Below are positions 1 through 9,856 of a DNA stretch of 64,000 nucleotides, piece after piece. A program made the position numbers and the translations under genes. Position 1 is the first letter of the stretch. Every line of letters begins with the position of its first letter. This DNA comes from an uncultured Gemmatimonadales bacterium (GTDB lineage: Bacteria; Gemmatimonadota; Gemmatimonadetes; Gemmatimonadales; GWC2-71-9). The notes under the pieces were generated by a model, which saw nothing but the letters and a program-made list of their open reading frames with translations, did no database searches and was not told the origin of the DNA. The DNA lies in contig CAVYSW010000003.1 of NCBI GenBank assembly GCA_963771275.1, positions 384,001 to 448,000 on the forward strand, given 5' to 3'.

Positions 1-29
1 CGGAAGCGCGGACGCGACCCGGTAGCACG

Positions 30-54
30 AGCGGGGCCCCGACGGGGCCCCGCT
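30..54. terminator. GC-rich hairpin, probable terminator downstream of the small minus-strand gene
   Basis: AGCGGGGCCCC-GAC-GGGGCCCCGCT perfect 11-bp stem. Confidence 0.55.
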
Positions 55-98
55 TGCGCTCCGGATGTCGAAGGGACCTCTTATCGGTTCCGGGTGCG

Positions 99-317
99 TC
101 AGGCCGCGGGCGGCTCCTTGCCCTTGATCGCGTCGTGGATCTTCTGGGCCGTGCCCGGACTGACCACCTTGAGAACGAGGTAGAGCACGAAGCCGACCGC
201 CGCCAGCCACAGCAGGTTTATCAGGAGCGTGACGGCGAACCCCAACAACCCGAATACCACCTTGATCGCGAAGAAGCCGATGATCGCGATGATCGCATAT
301 CCCAGAATCGTACGCAT
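99..317 (-). CDS. small membrane protein (72 aa, two hydrophobic helices)
   Basis: ATG at 317 preceded by GGGGAGG RBS; MRTILGYAIIAIIGFFAIKVVFGLLG...; it is the tail of the 99..1475 shadow ORF. Confidence 0.75.
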   Translation of the reverse strand: MRTILGYAIIAIIGFFAIKVVFGLLGFAVTLLINLLWLAAVGFVLYLVLKVVSPGTAQKIHDAIKGKEPPAA

Positions 318-407
318 GACGTTCCTCCCCGGGCGGCGCGCGGCCGACGCTTTCTGCAAGACGATACGAACGTACGGGCCGGCGGGTTTCACCACAAGGC
401 AGATGCC

Positions 408-1526
408 ATGACGGTGCCGGACGCGCTGGTGGTGGGCGGTGGGATCGTGGGAGCCGCCGTGGCGCGCGCGCTCGCCGCGGGCGGCGCGGCTGTCGAGATC
501 CTCGACAGCGGCTCCGAGGCCGGCATCGCCACGCAAGCGTCGGCCGGCATGCTCGCGCCCCTCATCGAGTCGGCTCCGGACGACCCGCTGCTCGGCATCG
601 GGATGCGCGGCCGCGATCTCTACCGCGAGCTCGCGCCCGCGCTCGCCGAAGAAACGGGCGTGCAGATCGGCCTCCTGACCGACGGCGTGCTGCACGTCGC
701 CTTCACCGAGCAGGAGGAAAGCCGGGCGCGCAGCGCCGCCGCCTGGCAGCGCCAGCAGGGGCTCAACACCGAGTGGCTCACACCCGGCGAGCTCAAGGCG
801 CGCTGCCCCGGCATCAGCCCGGATGCGCGCGGCGCGCTGCTCGCGCGGGAGGACGGCGCGCTCGAGCCGCTGGCGACGCTCGAAGCGCTGCTCGTGAGCG
901 CGACACGGCGCGGCGTCCGGATCACCCGCGGCACCCGCGTGCTCGGCGTCGAGATCGAGGCCGGACGCGTACGAGGGGTGCGCACGGCCGCGGGTGCACG
1001 CCCGGCCGGCGCCGTGGTGATCGCGGCCGGCGCGTGGTCCGGACGGCTGGAAGGCCTCCCGCGGCCGCTCTCGGTCGAGCCGATCCGCGGCCAGATCCTC
1101 ACCTACGACTGGCCCGCGCACGAGCCGCCGGCGATCGTGTTCGCGTGCCGCGGCTACGTGCTGCGCCGTGGCGCCGAAGCGCTGGCCGGATCCACCATGG
1201 AGTACGCCGGCTTCGACGCCACGCCGACCGCGGCCGGCCGGGACCACGTCGCCCAGATTGCCGCGCGCCTGTACCCCGCGCTCGCCCAGGCTCCGGTTCG
1301 CCGCAGCTGGGCCGGGCTGCGTCCCGGCACCCCGGACGGCCGTCCGATCGTCGGCAACGACCCCGACGTGCCCAACCTCTGGTATGCCACCGGCCACGGC
1401 AGGAACGGCATCCTGCTCGCCGCCGTGACCGGTGAGATCATCGCCCACCTGTTCCGCGGCGAGCCGGCGGACCACCTCGAATTCGACCTCGGCCCCATGC
1501 GGCCGGGGCGCTTCTGGCAGGTGTAG
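408..1526 (+). CDS. thiO: glycine oxidase ThiO / FAD-dependent D-amino acid oxidase family
   Basis: N-terminal VVGGGIVG dinucleotide-binding motif, ASAGML, WAGLRPGTPDG, GHGRNGILLA; start trimmed to ATG 408. Confidence 0.8.
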   Translation: MTVPDALVVGGGIVGAAVARALAAGGAAVEILDSGSEAGIATQASAGMLAPLIESAPDDPLLGIGMRGRDLYRELAPALAEETGVQIGLLTDGVLHVAFTEQEESRARSAAAWQRQQGLNTEWLTPGELKARCPGISPDARGALLAREDGALEPLATLEALLVSATRRGVRITRGTRVLGVEIEAGRVRGVRTAAGARPAGAVVIAAGAWSGRLEGLPRPLSVEPIRGQILTYDWPAHEPPAIVFACRGYVLRRGAEALAGSTMEYAGFDATPTAAGRDHVAQIAARLYPALAQAPVRRSWAGLRPGTPDGRPIVGNDPDVPNLWYATGHGRNGILLAAVTGEIIAHLFRGEPADHLEFDLGPMRPGRFWQV

Positions 1527-1600
1527 CGTTCAACCACACGGTTGAAACAGCTCCCGGCGCGCTGGCTCCCCCCGCCGGGGCCGACTATGTTTCGCTGCCT

Positions 1601-2506
1601 ATGGAGCTCGTCCCCCTCACCACCCGTCACCCTCCCGCCTCCGCCGAGCGCAAGCCGGCCTGGCTCAAGGTCCGGGCACCCGGCGGGCCGACCTACGTCG
1701 AGGTGCGACGCCTCATCCGGCAGCTCGCGCTGCACACGGTATGCGAGGAAGCGCACTGCCCCAACATCGGCGAGTGCTGGGAGCACCGCGCGGCGACGTT
1801 CATCATCCTGGGCGATGTGTGCACCCGCAACTGCGCCTATTGCGCGATCGCTCACGGCACGCCCGCGCCGTACGATGCCGCGGAGCCGGCCCGGCTCGCC
1901 GATGCCGTCGCCCATATGGGGCTCGAGCATGTCGTCATCACCAGCGTGGACCGCGACGACCTGCCAAACGGTGGCGCCGAGGCGTTCGCCGCGTGCGTGC
2001 ACGAGATCCGGCGGCGCCGGCCGGGCACGTCGGTCGAGCTGCTGATCCCCGACTTCAAGGGATCCGACGATGCGCTGCGGATCGTGGTGGACGCTCGGCC
2101 CGACATCCTCAACCACAATCTCGAGACCGTCGAACGGCTCTACCGCATCGCGCGCCCGGGCGGGCGCTACCCGCGGGCGCTCCGCCTGCTGCGCCGCGCG
2201 AAGGAGATGGCCCCCGACCGACTCACCAAGTCCGGCCTCATCTGCGGGCTCGGCGAGGAGTGGGATGAGCTGCTCGTGGCGATGCGCGATCTCCGCGAGC
2301 AGGGCGTCGACATTCTCACGCTGGGCCAGTACCTCCGTCCCTCGGCGAGCCATCTGCCCGTCGCCCGCTTCTACACGCCGGCCGAATTCGCCGAGCTGCG
2401 CCGCGTCGGCCTCGGCCTCGGCTACCGCCACGTCGAGAGCGGGCCGCTCGTCCGCTCGTCCTACCACGCCTGGGAGCAGGTGCGGAGCGCGGAGGCCGCG
2501 CGTTGA
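1601..2506 (+). CDS. lipA: lipoyl synthase
   Basis: CEEAHCPNIGEC auxiliary cluster motif, CTRNCAYC radical SAM motif, C-terminal VRSSYHA. Confidence 0.97.
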   Translation: MELVPLTTRHPPASAERKPAWLKVRAPGGPTYVEVRRLIRQLALHTVCEEAHCPNIGECWEHRAATFIILGDVCTRNCAYCAIAHGTPAPYDAAEPARLADAVAHMGLEHVVITSVDRDDLPNGGAEAFAACVHEIRRRRPGTSVELLIPDFKGSDDALRIVVDARPDILNHNLETVERLYRIARPGGRYPRALRLLRRAKEMAPDRLTKSGLICGLGEEWDELLVAMRDLREQGVDILTLGQYLRPSASHLPVARFYTPAEFAELRRVGLGLGYRHVESGPLVRSSYHAWEQVRSAEAAR

Positions 2507-3483
2507 GCGCGCTCGACCCGGCGCGACGGGACTTCTACCACGAGCTGTTGCGCCGCATGATCCTGCTGCGCCGCTTCGAGGAGCGGGCGGGTGAGGCCTA
2601 CGCACAGGGGAAGATCGGCGGCTTCTGCCACCTGTACATCGGCCAGGAAGCGGTGGCGACGGGCGCCATCACCGCCCTCCGCCCGGACGACTACCTGTTC
2701 GCCGCGTACCGCGAGCACGCGCACGCGCTCGTCCGTGGCACGCCGGCCCGCGCCGTGATGGCCGAGCTGTTCGGCAAGGCGACGGGGTGCTCGCGCGGCA
2801 AGGGCGGCTCGATGCACCTGTTCGACGCCTCGCGGGGCTTCCTCGGCGGGCACGCCATCGTCGGCTCGCACATCCCGATCGCGGCCGGTGCCGCCTTCGC
2901 CGTCAAGTACCGCGGCACCGATCAGGTCGCCGTCTGCTTCTTCGGCGAGGCCGCGGTCAACATCGGCGCCTTTCACGAGACGCTCAACATGGCGGCGCTC
3001 TGGGAGCTGCCGGCGATCTTCGTGTGCGAGAACAACCGCTATGGCATGGGCACCGCGCTCGAGCGCGCCGCGGCAGTGTACGACGTCGCGCACCGCGCGT
3101 GCTCGTACGACATGGCCTCCGAGACCGCCGACGGCATGGACGTCCTCGCCGTGCTCGACGCCATGACCCGGGCCGTCGAGCGCGCGCGCACACACAAGCT
3201 CCCCACGCTGATCGAGGCGCGCACCTACCGCTACATGGGGCACTCGATGGCCGACCCGATCCACGGGCACTACCGCACCAAGGAAGAGCTCGAGGAGCAG
3301 AAGGGCCGCGACCCCATCGCCGCGCTGCAGCACCGCCTCGAGGAAGCCGATCTCCTTCCCGAGGCCGCGCTCGCCGCGCTGCGCCAGGGCGTCGAGGGCG
3401 AGGTGGACGACGCGGTCCGCTTCGCCGAGGAGAGCCCGGAGCCCCCCCTGGCCGAGCTCCACACCGACGTCTGCCAAGGCTGA
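2503..3483 (+). CDS. pdhA: pyruvate dehydrogenase E1 alpha subunit
   Basis: GFCHLYIGQEA, GKGGSMH, TYRYMGHSMADP; operon context. Confidence 0.95.
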   Translation: MSALDPARRDFYHELLRRMILLRRFEERAGEAYAQGKIGGFCHLYIGQEAVATGAITALRPDDYLFAAYREHAHALVRGTPARAVMAELFGKATGCSRGKGGSMHLFDASRGFLGGHAIVGSHIPIAAGAAFAVKYRGTDQVAVCFFGEAAVNIGAFHETLNMAALWELPAIFVCENNRYGMGTALERAAAVYDVAHRACSYDMASETADGMDVLAVLDAMTRAVERARTHKLPTLIEARTYRYMGHSMADPIHGHYRTKEELEEQKGRDPIAALQHRLEEADLLPEAALAALRQGVEGEVDDAVRFAEESPEPPLAELHTDVCQG

Positions 3484-3484
3484 C

Positions 3485-4471
3485 ATGCCCGTCATCACGT
3501 ACCGTGATGCGCTGAACCAGGCGCTGCGTGAGGAGATGCAGCGCGACCCCAACGTGTTCCTCATGGGCGAGGAGGTCGGCGTCTATCAGGGTGCGTACAA
3601 GGTGAGCCGGGGCCTGCTCGACGAGTTCGGTCCGCGGCGCGTCGTGGACACGCCGATCGCGGAGCTGAGCTTCGCCGGGATCGGAGTCGGTGCCGCAATG
3701 GTGGGGATGCGACCGGTCATCGAGTTCATGACGTGGAACTTCGCCCTGCTCGCGATCGACCAGGTCGTCAACTCCGCCGCCAAGCTGCACTACATGTCGG
3801 GGGGCCAGGTCGCCGTGCCGATCGTGTTCCGCGGCCCCGGCGGCCCGGCTCTCCAGCTCGGCGCGCAGCACTCACAGGCGTTCGAGTCCTGGTTCGCCCA
3901 CATCCCCGGCCTCAAGGTGGTGGCACCCGCGACGCCGCACGATGCGAAGGGGCTCCTCAAGTCGGCGATCCGCGACGACAACCCGGTCGTGTTCCTCGAA
4001 GGGGAGATGCTCTACAACGCCAAAGGCGAAGTCCCCGACGGCGAGTACACGATCCCGCTCGGCGTGGCCGACGTGAAGCACGCCGGCACGGACGTCACCA
4101 TCGTCTGCCATTCCAAGACCGTGGCGGTCGCGCTCCGCGCCGCCGACCAACTGCAGCGCGACCTCGGGATCGCCGCGGAGGTCGTGGACCTCCGCACCAT
4201 CCGGCCGCTCGACGTCGCGACGCTCGCCGCCAGCGTCGCGAAGACCAATCGCTGCGTGGTGGTCGAGGAGGGCTGGCCGTTCTGCGGCATCGGGGCGCAG
4301 GTGGTCGACGAGCTGCAGCGCGCCGCGTTCGACGACCTCGACGCGCCGATCGAGCGCGTCACCCAGGCCGACGTGCCCATGCCGTACAACAAGCACCTCG
4401 AGAAGGCGGCAAAGCCCGACCCCGCCCAGGTCGTGAGCGCGGTCAGGCGCGTCACGTACCGCGACCGCTGA
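3485..4471 (+). CDS. pdhB: pyruvate dehydrogenase E1 beta subunit
   Basis: MGEEVGVYQGAYKV, DTPIAE, AQHSQ. Confidence 0.95.
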   Translation: MPVITYRDALNQALREEMQRDPNVFLMGEEVGVYQGAYKVSRGLLDEFGPRRVVDTPIAELSFAGIGVGAAMVGMRPVIEFMTWNFALLAIDQVVNSAAKLHYMSGGQVAVPIVFRGPGGPALQLGAQHSQAFESWFAHIPGLKVVAPATPHDAKGLLKSAIRDDNPVVFLEGEMLYNAKGEVPDGEYTIPLGVADVKHAGTDVTIVCHSKTVAVALRAADQLQRDLGIAAEVVDLRTIRPLDVATLAASVAKTNRCVVVEEGWPFCGIGAQVVDELQRAAFDDLDAPIERVTQADVPMPYNKHLEKAAKPDPAQVVSAVRRVTYRDR

Positions 4472-4485
4472 TCCCGGAACGAGCG

Positions 4486-5775
4486 ATGATCACCAGGGTC
4501 CACATGGAAGCCTTGTCGCCGACGATGGAAGAGGGCCGGATCGCGTCCTGGCTCAAGCATGAGGGCGACGCGGTGAAGGTGGGCGACGTGCTGGCCGAGG
4601 TCGAGACCGACAAGGCCATCATGGAGCTGCAGGCCCGGGGCGACGGCGTGCTGCGGAAGATCCTGGTGGGGCCCGGCGCCACGGCGCCGGTCGGGAGCCT
4701 CGTCGCGGTGATAGCGGACGCGGGGGATGATATCGCGAGCCTCGTCGCCGGCGCCCCTGCCGTCCCTGGCGCTCCTGCCGCCTCTGCCGCTTCTCCCGCT
4801 CCTGCCGCTTCTGCCCCCCCGGATCAGAGGGGGAGAGGGGCAGAGGTGGAGACCGGCGCTCGTCCCTTCCCCTCCACGCCCCTGCCCCCGGGTGAGGTCG
4901 CGGCGGGGCGGATCAAGGCCTCACCGCTCGCGCGCCGGCTCGCGCGGGAAAAGGGCGTCGCGCTCGCGGCCCTCACCGGCTCCGGCCCGGCCGGCCGCAT
5001 CGTCAAGCGCGACGTGGAGTCTGTGGCGTCGACGGCAGCCTCTGCCGCCCCTGCCGCTCCTGCCCCCTCGGCCCCCGGTGCCGCGGGCGAGGGGAGCGGG
5101 TGGCATGACGTCGTCCCCAGCCAGCTCCGCAAGACCATCGCGCGCCGGCTCACCCAGTCGCTGGGACCCGTGCCGCACTTCTACCTCACCGTCGAGATCG
5201 ACATGGAGCGCGCGGCGGAAGCGCGCGACGCCCTCAACGCGCTCGGCGACGTCCGGATCTCGTTCAACGACATCGTCGCCAAGATCGCGGCCATGGCGCT
5301 GCGACAGCACCCGGCGTGCAACGCCTGGTGGCAGGACGGCGCGATCCGCTACTTCGACGCGGTGCATCTCTCGATGGCGGTGGCGATCGACGACGGCCTG
5401 ATCACGCCTGTGATCCGCGACGCGCACCGCAAGTCGCTCCGCGAGATCGCGACCGAGAGCCGCGACCTCGCCGACCGGGCCCGCGCCCGCCGGCTGCAGC
5501 CGGAGGAGTACACCGGCGGCACGTTCTCGATCTCCAACCTCGGCATGTTCGGCATCGACGAGTTCACGGCGGTGATCAACCCGCCGGAGGCGGCGATCCT
5601 CGCCGTGGGGGCGGTGGCCGAGAAGCCCGTCGCGCTGGCCGGCACGGTCACGGTCCGCAAGCGGATGCGGATCACCCTGAGCTGTGACCACCGCGTCATC
5701 GACGGCGCCACCGGAGCCCGGTTCCTCCAGACCGTCACGCGCATGCTCGAGAACCCGCTCGCCATCGTTTGGTAG
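4486..5775 (+). CDS. pdhC: pyruvate dehydrogenase E2 dihydrolipoamide acetyltransferase
   Basis: lipoyl domain EVETDKA, E3-binding ASPLARRLA, catalytic DHRVIDGA; start trimmed to ATG 4486. Confidence 0.95.
   Translation: MITRVHMEALSPTMEEGRIASWLKHEGDAVKVGDVLAEVETDKAIMELQARGDGVLRKILVGPGATAPVGSLVAVIADAGDDIASLVAGAPAVPGAPAASAASPAPAASAPPDQRGRGAEVETGARPFPSTPLPPGEVAAGRIKASPLARRLAREKGVALAALTGSGPAGRIVKRDVESVASTAASAAPAAPAPSAPGAAGEGSGWHDVVPSQLRKTIARRLTQSLGPVPHFYLTVEIDMERAAEARDALNALGDVRISFNDIVAKIAAMALRQHPACNAWWQDGAIRYFDAVHLSMAVAIDDGLITPVIRDAHRKSLREIATESRDLADRARARRLQPEEYTGGTFSISNLGMFGIDEFTAVINPPEAAILAVGAVAEKPVALAGTVTVRKRMRITLSCDHRVIDGATGARFLQTVTRMLENPLAIVW
4825..4890. repeat. inverted octamer-repeat element lying in frame in the pdhC linker
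   Basis: GAGGGGGA-GAGGGGCA-GAGGTGGA ... CTTCCCCT-CCACGCCC-CTGCCCCC. Confidence 0.5.
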
Positions 5776-5805
5776 CTCACGTCTTTCGTCAGGACGGGTA
5801 CGGCC

Positions 5806-7200
5806 GTGTCCAAGACCTTCGATGTCATCATCCTCGGCGGCGGGCCCGCGGGCTACGTCTGCGCGATCCGCTGCGCCCAGCTCGGCCTCGCCACGGCCGT
5901 CGTGGAGCGCGAGAAGCTGGGCGGCGTCTGCGTCAACATCGGCTGCATCCCCAGCAAGGCCCTGCTCCATGCCGCCTCCGTCGCCCGGCTCGTGCAGCAC
6001 GACGCCGCGGCGCTCGGGGTCGGCGTCGGCGACGTGACCCTGGACTTCGGCGTGGCGATGCAGCGCTCCCGCCAGGTGGCGGATCAGAACTCCAAGGGCG
6101 TCGACTTCCTGATGAAGAAGTTCAAGGTGACGGTGCTTCGCGGCACCGGTGTGCTGCAGCCCGGCCGCCAGGTCAAGGTCGGCGACGACGTCTACACCGC
6201 CGCCAAGGCCCTGGTGATCGCGACCGGCAGCCGCGTCAAGGGTCTCGCCCAGGTCGGCCTCGCGCTCAACAAGACGTCGGTGATCTCGACCGACGAAGCG
6301 TTGCTGCTCGAGCAGGCGCCGCCGCGTCTCGCCATCGTCGGCGCGGGCGCCGTGGGCATGGAGTTCGCCGACATCTTCAACGCGTTCGGCTCCGCGATCA
6401 CGCTGATCGAGGTGCTGCCCCGCGTCCTCCCGCTCGAGGACGCGGACGCGTCCGCCGCGCTGGCGCGCGTCTACAAGAAGCGCGGGATCACGGTGCTGGC
6501 CGGCGCCGCGGTGAGAGGCGCCCGCGTCGAGCCGGCCAAGGTCACGCTCGACGTCGAGGCCGGCGGCAAGACGCAGGCGATCGAGGTCGAGCGCGTGCTC
6601 GTCGCCGTCGGCCGCGCGGTGAACGTCGAGGGGATCGGCCTCGACCAGGCCGGCGTGCAGCTCTCCGACCGTGGGTTCATCGAGGTGGACGCCCAGCTCC
6701 GCACGACGGCCGCCGGCGTCTACGCCATCGGCGACGTGGCCGGCCCGCCCATGCTCGCGCACAAGGGGAGTCGCGAGGGCGTGGTCGTGGCCGAGCTGAT
6801 CGCGGGCCACACGCCGCACCCGATCCGCTACGACAACGTCCCGTCGGTCACGTACTGCCACCCCGAGGTCGCGAGCATCGGCCTCACCGAGGAGCAGTGC
6901 AAGGAGCGCAAGCTCGACTATCAGGTCGGCAAGTTCCCGCTCACCGCCAACGGACGCGCCCGCGCCGCCGGCGAGACCGACGGGTTCGTGAAGATCATCC
7001 GCGACAAGCGGTACGGCGAGATCCTCGGCGCCCACATCGTCGCCTCGCACGCCAGCGAGATGATCCACGAGCTGGTCGTGGCCCGCGAGAACGAGTGCAC
7101 CGTCGAAGAGATCGATCTCGCGATTCACGCGCACCCCACGCTGTCGGAGGCGATCGCGGAAGCGGCGCTCGACTCGATGGGGCGGATGATGCATGCGTGA
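5806..7200 (+). CDS. lpdA: dihydrolipoyl dehydrogenase E3
   Basis: GGGPAGY, GGVCVNIGCIPSK redox disulfide, HAHPTLSE. Confidence 0.96.
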   Translation: MSKTFDVIILGGGPAGYVCAIRCAQLGLATAVVEREKLGGVCVNIGCIPSKALLHAASVARLVQHDAAALGVGVGDVTLDFGVAMQRSRQVADQNSKGVDFLMKKFKVTVLRGTGVLQPGRQVKVGDDVYTAAKALVIATGSRVKGLAQVGLALNKTSVISTDEALLLEQAPPRLAIVGAGAVGMEFADIFNAFGSAITLIEVLPRVLPLEDADASAALARVYKKRGITVLAGAAVRGARVEPAKVTLDVEAGGKTQAIEVERVLVAVGRAVNVEGIGLDQAGVQLSDRGFIEVDAQLRTTAAGVYAIGDVAGPPMLAHKGSREGVVVAELIAGHTPHPIRYDNVPSVTYCHPEVASIGLTEEQCKERKLDYQVGKFPLTANGRARAAGETDGFVKIIRDKRYGEILGAHIVASHASEMIHELVVARENECTVEEIDLAIHAHPTLSEAIAEAALDSMGRMMHA

Positions 7201-7579
7201 CGCCGCCCCGCCCGACCGCATCGGCGTCGCGCTCGGCGCCCTCGCCGCCGGCGCGGCCGCCGGCGGGGCCGTCATCCTGGCCGGGCTCGCCATGTTCCGC
7301 CCGGCGCTGGCGGCCAGCCGGGACGGCCTCCCGCTCGTCCTGTTCGCCGGCATCGTCGCCGCCGCGACGCTCGGCTGGTCGCTCAGTCGCGCGATCCCCG
7401 ACGCCTGGCGGCGCGGGGTCACCGCCGCCCTCGCCGCGGTCGCCGCCCTGATGCTCGCCGGCCTCGCCGCCCCCGCCGACATGATCGCCGGCCGGGCCGG
7501 GCTGGTCGGCTACGCGGCCGTGCTGGCGGTGCTCGCCGTCCTGGCGGTGCGCTACAACCGCCGCCAGACCGGATCGTGA
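7193..7579 (+). CDS. hypothetical membrane protein (about 4 TM helices)
   Basis: hydrophobic ORF overlapping the lpdA stop and lipB start. Confidence 0.7.
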   Translation: MRDAAPPDRIGVALGALAAGAAAGGAVILAGLAMFRPALAASRDGLPLVLFAGIVAAATLGWSLSRAIPDAWRRGVTAALAAVAALMLAGLAAPADMIAGRAGLVGYAAVLAVLAVLAVRYNRRQTGS

Positions 7580-8274
7580 GCGCGGAGCTCGGCATCGCGA
7601 CGCTCGGTCGCATGCCGTACCGCGAGGCGCTCGCGCTGCAGCGCGACCTGGCCCGGCGCCGCATCACGGGCGAGATCCCCCATGACCTGCTGCTCCTGGT
7701 CGAGCACCCGCCGGTCATCACGCTCGGGCGCGGCTTCCGGCCCGAGCATCTGCCGACCCCGCGGGAGCGCCTCGCCGCAAGGGGTGTCGAGCTGTTCGAG
7801 GTCGAGCGGGGCGGCGATGTCACGTTCCACGGTCCGGGTCAGCTGGTGGGCTACCCGATCTACCGCCTGGACGAGCACCGTCAGGACCTCCACTGGTTCC
7901 TGAGACGAATCGAGGACGCCGTGATCGCGGCGCTCGCCGCCCTCGGCGTCCCCGGCGAGCGCCGCGCGGGTGCCACGGGCGTGTGGACGGCGGGTCGCAA
8001 GATCGCGAGCATCGGGATTCACGTGCGGCAGTGGGTCACGTGGCACGGCTTCGCGCTCAACGTGACGACCGACTTGTCCTACTTCGATCTCATGGTGCCG
8101 TGCGGGATCCCCGACGTCGTGATGACGAGCGTCGCCCGCGAGCTGGCGGAACGCGCTCCCCGCGACCTGTGGAGCCGGGCGGTCGAGCAGGTGATCGTGG
8201 GCTTCGCGGAGACGTTCGGCCAGGCACCCGAGCTCGAGGACGTGGGACTGCTCACCGGGCCCCGATTGCTCTAG
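7576..8274 (+). CDS. lipB: lipoyl(octanoyl) transferase
   Basis: EHPPVITLG, RGGDVTFHGPGQLVGYPI, KIASIG, HGFALN, VPCGI. Confidence 0.96.
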   Translation: MSAELGIATLGRMPYREALALQRDLARRRITGEIPHDLLLLVEHPPVITLGRGFRPEHLPTPRERLAARGVELFEVERGGDVTFHGPGQLVGYPIYRLDEHRQDLHWFLRRIEDAVIAALAALGVPGERRAGATGVWTAGRKIASIGIHVRQWVTWHGFALNVTTDLSYFDLMVPCGIPDVVMTSVARELAERAPRDLWSRAVEQVIVGFAETFGQAPELEDVGLLTGPRLL

Positions 8275-8283
8275 GCACGTTCG

Positions 8284-8407
8284 GCCCCAGTCGCACGCGA
8301 GTCGCACGCGGGGATCCCGGAGGACGCGTAAGTGAGCGGTGCCAGACCCTCCAGCCCACCGGACTCGCGAACTTCAGCGGACGGAGGGATCCCCGCGCGA
8401 CTGGGGC
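8284..8407. repeat. inverted-repeat element between convergent genes
   Basis: GCCCCAGTCGC...CGCGGGGATCCC (8284-8318) vs GGGATCCCCGCGCGACTGGGGC (8386-8407). Confidence 0.55.
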
Positions 8408-8429
8408 AGAGACACCGGTTCCCTTACGC

Positions 8430-9788
8430 CTATTCGCCCATCAGCTCGAAGAACCGCGCAAACACCCGCACGCCCTTCCACACCTGCTCGACCGCGATCT
8501 TCTCGTCGGGCGCGTGCAGCCGGTCGTCGGGCAGACCGATGCCGGACAGCACCACGGGGGCGCCCTCCTTGGCCAGCTGCGGCACGATCGGAATCGACCC
8601 GCCCGACCGCACCGGCACGACGCCGCGGCCCTCGACCTCGTTGAACGCCCGGTCGATCACCGCGATCGGGTGCGACTCGACGTCCACCAGGACCGGGTTG
8701 GCGCCGTGGATGAAGGTCACCTTGGCGTCGGCATAGGCCGGGGTCAGCGCCTTCACCGCCTTCGTCAGCATCGCCTGCACCTTCTTCTCGGTGAGTTTGG
8801 GCACCAGCCGCAGGCTCACCTTTGCGGTCGCCACGGCCGGGATCACCGTCTTCGCGCCCTCGCCGGTGAACCCGCCCATGATCCCGTGGATCTCGAGCGT
8901 CGGCAGCGCCCAGATCCGCTCGAACACCGAGTAACTCTTGATCCCGGTGAGGGCCTTCACCCCCACCTCGTCCTTCACGAACCGCCGCAGGTTGAACGGC
9001 AGCTTCGCCCAGGCGTCGCGCACCTTCTTCGACGGCCGCTCCACCGCCTCGTACAGACCGGGCATCTTGATCCGTCCGTCCGCGCCCTTGAGCCCCGCCA
9101 GAATCCGCGCGAGCGTTTCGTGCGCGTTTGGCGCCACGCCGCCGTACAGCCCCGAATGGAGGTCGCTCTTCGCCGTCCGGACCTTGATCTCCGCGTAGAC
9201 CAGCCCGCGCAGCCCGGTCTCGACCGACGGCCAGCCCGGCGCGTAGTACGGCGTGTCCGCCACGATCACCGCGTCGGCACGCACCCGCTCCGGCTCGCGG
9301 GCGAGCAGATCGAACAGGATCGTGCTGCCCGACTCCTCCTGACCCTCGAGCAGGAACCGCACGTTGACCGGCGGCTTCCCGGCGGCCAGCACCGCCTCGA
9401 GGGCCTTCACCACCGCGAACACCTGGCCCTTGTCGTCCGTCGCCCCGCGGGCGAACAAATCGCCGTTGCGCACCGTCGGCTCGAACGGCGGGCTGGTCCA
9501 CTCGTCCACCGGATCGGGCGGCTGCACGTCGTAGTGCCCGTAGACCAGCACGGTGGGCCTGCCCGGCGCCGCCGGGCCCACCGCCCACACGACAGGGTGG
9601 GTCTCGCTCGCCAGATACTCCACGGTGCAGCCCAGCCTGCGCAGGTGGTCGCCCAGCCACTCGGCGGCCTTGCGGCAGTCGGCGTTGTGCTTGGGATCGG
9701 TCGAGATGCTCGGGATCCGGAGCAGGGCCTTCAGCTCGTCGAGCATTCTCGCCTGGTTGGCATCGACAAACGGTTTGAAGTCGGTCAT
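8430..9788 (-). CDS. M20/M25/M40 family dipeptidase
   Basis: YGHYDVQP, ARGATDDKG, EGQEESGS, DLHSG, LHAPDE. Confidence 0.9.
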   Translation of the reverse strand: MTDFKPFVDANQARMLDELKALLRIPSISTDPKHNADCRKAAEWLGDHLRRLGCTVEYLASETHPVVWAVGPAAPGRPTVLVYGHYDVQPPDPVDEWTSPPFEPTVRNGDLFARGATDDKGQVFAVVKALEAVLAAGKPPVNVRFLLEGQEESGSTILFDLLAREPERVRADAVIVADTPYYAPGWPSVETGLRGLVYAEIKVRTAKSDLHSGLYGGVAPNAHETLARILAGLKGADGRIKMPGLYEAVERPSKKVRDAWAKLPFNLRRFVKDEVGVKALTGIKSYSVFERIWALPTLEIHGIMGGFTGEGAKTVIPAVATAKVSLRLVPKLTEKKVQAMLTKAVKALTPAYADAKVTFIHGANPVLVDVESHPIAVIDRAFNEVEGRGVVPVRSGGSIPIVPQLAKEGAPVVLSGIGLPDDRLHAPDEKIAVEQVWKGVRVFARFFELMGE

Positions 9789-9856
9789 GGCAGTGCGTGG
9801 GTGAAGGTGAGCGGGACCGGGAAGCGGTACGTCGGCGAACCACGACGGAATATACC

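Noticed and set aside
4921..7482. Long antisense and alternate-frame ORFs (e.g. 4921..7482, 11290..13581, 28591..30969, 15265..17412)
   Set aside because: Shadow ORFs of high-GC coding sequence; Arg/Pro/Ala-rich, no motifs, overlapping well-supported genes.
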